Virus record (IMG/VR): IMGVR_UViG_2778261382_000002
Strand: one strand, 5' to 3'
DNA: 20,648 bases
DNA from: a virus
Taxonomy: Duplodnaviria > Heunggongvirae > Uroviricota > Caudoviricetes
Numbering within the stretch: the stretch's first letter is position 1; every line of letters begins with the position of its first letter. The notes under the pieces were generated by a model. The model made no database searches. It was not told where the DNA came from and worked only from the letters and a program-made list of their open reading frames with translations. Shown piece by piece: positions 16,234 to 20,648 of the stretch. Made by a program: the position numbers and the translations under genes.

Positions 16234-16746
16234 ATGTCAGACAGCAACGCTTACCGCGCGTTTGCGCTATTCGTGCAGGGCGAACGGGTTTTAAATTGTA
16301 CTGAATATACTCCAGTCGATATGAAAATAATCGAAGACGAGTTTAAAACAGGCGCGATGGATACAGCTATCACTCTGGACGGAGGAATGGAGAAAATGTC
16401 AGCCAGTTTTAAAGTCTCTGGCTCCGATTCTGGTGTGATGGGGTATTTTGGATTAATACCAGGTGCTAAAACAAGGTTCGAAATTCGAAGTGCATATACT
16501 GACAATTACGGTGTCAATTTTGAACGTATTGATACATATGAGGGGCTTATTACGGCGATTACTGATGACGCGCAGGGGACTGATTCAAAATCAGCAGTTG
16601 GGCAATCAGTAACGATTGCGCCGAGCTATTATAAACGAGTTCAAAATGGAAAAGTTATTTACGAGATTCATCCTGCAAAAATGAAACGAGTAATTAATGG
16701 TGTTGACGTTCTTGCGGGCGTTGCTCGTATTCTCCATGTATATTAA
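16234..16746 (+). CDS. Tail tube protein, P2 gpFII-like
   Basis: 170 aa directly after the sheath gene; C-terminus KRVINGVDVLAGVARILHVY resembles the P2 FII C-terminus; GGAG SD 8 nt upstream. Confidence 0.88.
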   Translation: MSDSNAYRAFALFVQGERVLNCTEYTPVDMKIIEDEFKTGAMDTAITLDGGMEKMSASFKVSGSDSGVMGYFGLIPGAKTRFEIRSAYTDNYGVNFERIDTYEGLITAITDDAQGTDSKSAVGQSVTIAPSYYKRVQNGKVIYEIHPAKMKRVINGVDVLAGVARILHVY

Positions 16747-16758
16747 AAGGCAAATAAA

Positions 16759-17040
16759 ATGGAATCATTATTAGACAGTATGACTATTACGCTCTCTCGC
16801 CCGTTTATTATTAAGGGTGAGAGCCGCGATACAATTACTATTCGCGAACCAAAATTACGCGACCGCATTATGTTCAGTAACGATAAAAGTGGTCTTGAAG
16901 AGCGGACAGCGACAATGCTGGCGCGCCTGGCAAATCTGGAGCGTGAGGATTTATATGCACTGCCTGCGTGCGATTACGATCAAATGGAGGCCGCGTTTAA
17001 CGAACTGGTAAAGCCCCCGAAAGACCGACATCAGATATAG
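16759..17040 (+). CDS. Tail assembly chaperone, P2 gpE-like
   Basis: 93 aa between the tube and tape-measure genes, the conserved position and size of gpE. Confidence 0.75.
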   Translation: MESLLDSMTITLSRPFIIKGESRDTITIREPKLRDRIMFSNDKSGLEERTATMLARLANLEREDLYALPACDYDQMEAAFNELVKPPKDRHQI

Positions 17041-17171
17041 TTATTCTGATTCCGTTTATTGCGAAAAAACTTGCCATCCCGCCCGATACGCAAATGGACC
17101 TGCCGTACCGGGTTTTTAATTTCTATGTAAACGAGGTCATGAAAATCGATGGCTATTTCTCAAAACTTTAA
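16759..17171 (+). CDS. Putative E+E' tail assembly chaperone made by programmed -1 translational frameshift
   Basis: The -1 frame opens at 17001 (preceding stop 16998-17000) and runs to TAA 17169-17171, overlapping the tape-measure start and encoding a protein-like extension (...IPFIAKKLAIPPDTQMDLPYRVFNFYVNEVMKIDGYFSKL). This mirrors P2 E/E' and lambda G/GT. No canonical X-XXY-YYZ heptamer found between 17001 and 17037. Confidence 0.45.
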
Positions 17172-18789
17172 AACGCAGGTTGTATTCGGTGGGCGAATAA
17201 ACCCGTCGTTTCGTCGCGGTACAACAGAACTCAATGATGCGATTCGGCAGACGTCGTCTACTGTCGGGAAATTAACGAAAAGTCAGGATAAATTAAAAGA
17301 CAAAATCGCAGCAATGAAACTGGCAGGTAAAGACGTTTCTGATTTATCTGCTCAGTATCAAAAGCTGGACCGTCGGATAAAAGCGACAACGCAGGACCAG
17401 GAGGCGCTGAATACTCAACTTGCTAAAAAACAGCAGCTGGAGAAGTGGACGGGTCGCGCAAAAGGAGCTGCAAAATGGGGCGGACGAGCCGCCGCAGGTG
17501 CGGTGAGGGCTACGGGGCGGGGTATCAAATGGGGGACACTTGGCGCGGCAGGGCTCATTGGCGGTGCTGCAGCTGGTGCGCTGGCAATGAATGCAGAGAC
17601 GTCAGAAAAACTCGGTCTGGCGAAGTCCTACGGCGTTGGCGTCGAAAAATACGCTGCGTGGGAAAATATTGGTAAAGCCGCGGGCCTGAACGGCGAAAAT
17701 ATCGGGGATTTGTCTGAAGAACTTACAAATAAAATCGGCGAAATCGGAAACGAAAAAAGCCTGAATCCCATGTTATTTCAAATTGGCCTGACGAAAAAAC
17801 GAATGGCTGGCTGGGATCGGGAAAAACAGTTTAATGAGGTTATGCGTCGCATCTCTGAAATGAAAGATGAGAAGCAAGCGGCGAGCCTCGCTGACCAGCT
17901 CATGGGGGGCGAGGCTAATAAGATCATGACGTATATGAAGGCGACGGGTAAAAGCTGGGAACAGACAATGTCTGACGCGCAAAAGTCGAATTTGTTAACA
18001 AAAGAGGGTGCGGAAGGGGCGGCGCGTGCGCATGTATCAGTGACAAATCTGTGGGGCTCTATTACGTCGGGACTTGCAGATACACTCGGTAAAATCGGGG
18101 GGGAACTCGCGCCGACGTTTGACTCAGTACGTGAAACATTTACATCCTGGTTTAAGGATAATCAGGGTGGTTTTGTCAGCACAATTACTGAGTGGGTAAA
18201 ACCAGAAAATATGAAAAAAATGTGGGATGGCATCGTCAATTTTGGAGAAGGTTGCGTCAAATTCGGGAAGATTATATGGGCTGTCGTAAAGAAACTGGAG
18301 TGGCTTATTCCGGATGAAAAATCAGATGAAGAACAGAAAACTTATAATGACGAATATAATCGGGCATATCAAGAGTTTATGGATTCGGGAGGTAAATATT
18401 CACCGAACGCTGGATTGACTGCTGATAATATTGCGAAGGCAAAAGCCGAAGAGGCTGTCGAAAATATGCGGCATCCAGAACGGCAAGAACAGGCAAAATC
18501 TCAGGCAGAATCAATGCTCGCGTTTGTTAATCCATTATCCGGGATGGTAAATAAAAATACCGCGCCTGCAGCACTGGATTCGTCGACGTTAAATATTGAT
18601 ACGTTGAAGCAGGCAGTCTCGACACCTGCGCCGGAGCAAAACAATAAAATCGAAATCAATATTGTCGGTGCGACAGATCCGCAGTCAATACAACAATCTG
18701 CAGCGTCGGGGGTGCTCGATGGACTGAGACAGGCTGCGAGTTCGTACAATCGTGGCGCGATGTTTGATAAACCAGCGGCGGCGGGGTGA
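17149..18789 (+). CDS. Tail tape measure protein (P2 gpT-like), short form
   Basis: 546 aa, coiled-coil-like N-terminal region, Gly/Ala-rich hydrophobic segment (GTLGAAGLIGGAAAGALA), located after the E/E' chaperone genes. Confidence 0.85.
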   Translation: MAISQNFKTQVVFGGRINPSFRRGTTELNDAIRQTSSTVGKLTKSQDKLKDKIAAMKLAGKDVSDLSAQYQKLDRRIKATTQDQEALNTQLAKKQQLEKWTGRAKGAAKWGGRAAAGAVRATGRGIKWGTLGAAGLIGGAAAGALAMNAETSEKLGLAKSYGVGVEKYAAWENIGKAAGLNGENIGDLSEELTNKIGEIGNEKSLNPMLFQIGLTKKRMAGWDREKQFNEVMRRISEMKDEKQAASLADQLMGGEANKIMTYMKATGKSWEQTMSDAQKSNLLTKEGAEGAARAHVSVTNLWGSITSGLADTLGKIGGELAPTFDSVRETFTSWFKDNQGGFVSTITEWVKPENMKKMWDGIVNFGEGCVKFGKIIWAVVKKLEWLIPDEKSDEEQKTYNDEYNRAYQEFMDSGGKYSPNAGLTADNIAKAKAEEAVENMRHPERQEQAKSQAESMLAFVNPLSGMVNKNTAPAALDSSTLNIDTLKQAVSTPAPEQNNKIEINIVGATDPQSIQQSAASGVLDGLRQAASSYNRGAMFDKPAAAG

Positions 18790-18791
18790 CA

Positions 18792-19214
18792 ATGAGTGAT
18801 GCAATAAACGGTGCTGAGGATATCATGCTCGGCCTGGGTGATTTCATTTTTGCTATATCAACAGTAGCGTACAACAAACTGCAACGTAGTGACGCCTGGC
18901 GCTGGGCTCAGCAAACACGATTCGGGAAAAACGACGCGTTGCAGATAACCGGACGACCGAACCCCACAATTACTATCGATGGAAAGATAAACGCTTTATT
19001 TCTTGACGGGTGCGGCGTCGGCCTGTTGACAGATTTGCGAGCGCTCGGGAACACGGGAGAACCCCAGCAGCTAGTGCTGGGGACCGGGGAGGTGAAAGGG
19101 TACTGGGTGCTGCGAGAACTAACTGAAACGCAAAACAGCTTTTTGATGGGCGGAACACCTAAATCGCAGGACTTTTCACTCACGCTCGAATATTATGGAG
19201 CTTCGCTAGATTAA
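18792..19214 (+). CDS. Tail protein, P2 gpU-like
   Basis: LGLGDFIF...ITIDGKINALF...GYWVLRELTETQNSFLMGG...FSLTLEYYG matches the gpU family pattern. ATG 18792 has GGGG 5 nt upstream; the track ORF starts at GTG 18786, overlapping the tape-measure stop. Confidence 0.8.
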   Translation: MSDAINGAEDIMLGLGDFIFAISTVAYNKLQRSDAWRWAQQTRFGKNDALQITGRPNPTITIDGKINALFLDGCGVGLLTDLRALGNTGEPQQLVLGTGEVKGYWVLRELTETQNSFLMGGTPKSQDFSLTLEYYGASLD

Positions 19215-19388
19215 TACAAAATCAAGCGCTACCAGAGCACTTAACAAGTATAAAAATAATAAAAAAAACTACGAACATAAATGTAAAACAACCTGATGGT
19301 ATTTTTTTTTGACGCCGAAATACTAATACCTCTCCGACTACTAAAATTAATTCTCATTATGAAATCCTTTTAATTAATGGGGCCCCAA

Positions 19389-19601
19389 ATGATTACATAC
19401 ACTACACGGGACGGTGACCGTCTCGATCAGATCTGCCTTGCGGTCTACGGGAGAGCGTCAAAAACGACAGAGACTGTTTTATATCAGGTTTCGAATTACG
19501 GCGTAACGGATATGTGTGCCGTGTTTCGTGCTGGAGAAAAAATTGTTTTACCAGATATCGAACCAGAGCCGGTTAAAAAAGAAACGCAATTATGGGATTG
19601 A
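19389..19601 (+). CDS. Tail protein X, P2 gpX-like
   Basis: MITYTTRDGDRLDQICLAVYGRASKTTETVL parallels P2 gpX (MKTFALQGDTLDAICVRYYGRTEGVVETVL). Start at 19389 chosen by alignment and a weak SD; the track ORF begins at 19377. Confidence 0.82.
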   Translation: MITYTTRDGDRLDQICLAVYGRASKTTETVLYQVSNYGVTDMCAVFRAGEKIVLPDIEPEPVKKETQLWD

Positions 19602-19604
19602 TGA

Positions 19605-20648
19605 ATGAGTGATTACGTAAATACTGGCGTGGAGGCGTGGAAACCTAATTTTTATATATCTGCTGATAATAAAAACATCACGGATAAAATAAGAAAAGGT
19701 TTGATCAATATCACGCTGACAGATTACGGCGGCTCCAGTAAACAGACAGACGAACTCCGCGTAGCAATAGTTTCTGAAACTCTGAAAATTCCGGCCCGCG
19801 GAGTAAAAATCAGTATTGGGCTCGGTTTCGGTAATCAGATAATTGATAAAGGGATATACATCGTTGACGGTGCTAGCAGTGGCGGTGAACCCCGGGTAGT
19901 TGATTTCACAGCAAAAGCGGCTCCGATGAACGCAGCAAAAGGATCTCCGACAGTTCAGAGCAAAAAGACTCGTTCCTGGAGCGACGTCACTGTCAGCGAT
20001 ATCGTTGCGACAATAGCGAGCGATAATGGGCTAAAACCACGCGTATCAAAGCGGTTTGCAGACAATGTTATCACGCAACTCGATCAGGTCGGCGAGTCAG
20101 ATATGCACCTGATGTCGCGGCTCGCAACGAGATTCGATGCGGTGAGTAAACCCGCGGGCGGGTACTGGATATTCCTGCCGCGCGGCGCGGGCGAATCTGT
20201 TAGCGGTGCTCCGCTCCAGCACTACACGCTAACTCGTCGTGATAACTCCAGCTGGGGCTATTCGAGAAATGGACAAAGTGGCGATAGTGGTAGCGGTGGC
20301 GAAAATCCGGAACCGACGTATCTGATTAAATATCACGACACAGCAACTGGGCAGATCAAAGAATTGCGGACAGGTAGTGGCGGCGATCCTGTCATTGAAT
20401 GGCCGGCAGTTGAGCCGTCGCTCGACGCAGCGAAAGAAGCTGCACCAGGGCTCAAGGGCGGTGCAGCTAAAAAAGAGTTCTCTATGACGTACACGACGCC
20501 AGCGACGCTCGATTTAGTGTCGCTGACAGCAGAATGCAAAGTCACAACTCAAGGATTCGGGACCGAGGAGGACCGGGACTGGACTATCAACACACTGAGT
20601 CTGACGCTCGCTGAAAACGGTTTTTCGGTTCGGCTGTCTCTGGAGTAA
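19605..20648 (+). CDS. Tail protein D, P2 gpD-like
   Basis: 347 aa at the end of the tail operon, following U and X as in phiCTX/R-pyocin clusters; Gly/Ser-rich linker (SGDSGSGGENPEP). Assignment rests mainly on position, size and family-typical composition. Confidence 0.75.
   Translation: MSDYVNTGVEAWKPNFYISADNKNITDKIRKGLINITLTDYGGSSKQTDELRVAIVSETLKIPARGVKISIGLGFGNQIIDKGIYIVDGASSGGEPRVVDFTAKAAPMNAAKGSPTVQSKKTRSWSDVTVSDIVATIASDNGLKPRVSKRFADNVITQLDQVGESDMHLMSRLATRFDAVSKPAGGYWIFLPRGAGESVSGAPLQHYTLTRRDNSSWGYSRNGQSGDSGSGGENPEPTYLIKYHDTATGQIKELRTGSGGDPVIEWPAVEPSLDAAKEAAPGLKGGAAKKEFSMTYTTPATLDLVSLTAECKVTTQGFGTEEDRDWTINTLSLTLAENGFSVRLSLE

Larger units (their letters stand above)
1003..20648. mobile_element. 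Prophage-like element (partial; right end beyond window), mosaic lambda-type head plus P2/phiCTX-type tail, apparently defective
   Basis: Contiguous phage replication, capsid and contractile-tail genes begin immediately after the leuZ terminator. tRNA 3' ends are classical prophage insertion sites. Left boundary approximate; no integrase or att repeat identified in window. Confidence 0.8.

Noticed and set aside
9327-18877. Remaining short antisense or alternative-frame ORFs across the tail module (for example 9829-10062, 10621-10812, 12551-12775, 15656-16009, 16817-17011, 17445-17675, 18501-18749)
   Set aside because: Each is nested in a gene with clear family-level identity and gene-order support; their translations are low-complexity or Cys/Arg/Trp-rich.

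Overview
The window opens with host genes of an Escherichia-like enterobacterium: pgsA (1-549) and the glyW-cysT-leuZ tRNA operon with its promoter and terminator (about 600-1069). From about 1003 to the window end lies a mosaic, apparently decayed prophage-like element, almost entirely on the + strand. It comprises: (i) a degraded early region, with a truncated and frameshifted Rad52-like recombinase pseudogene on the - strand, a replication-protein C-terminal fragment and an intact DnaB-type helicase; (ii) a compact operon of six small genes I cannot assign (4014-5528); (iii) lambda-type head genes (C protease with nested Nu3-like scaffold, D, E, FI, FII); (iv) a complete contractile-tail module in the phiCTX/R-type-pyocin order (two completion proteins, V, W, J, I, H, Tfa, sheath, tube, E/E', tape measure, U, X, D). 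I found no integrase, repressor, lysis genes, terminase or portal in the window. The head block starting directly at the protease, with no portal or terminase, is the most unusual feature. All identifications come from reading the translations and recalled family motifs; no database search was run, so product names are hypotheses of varying strength.
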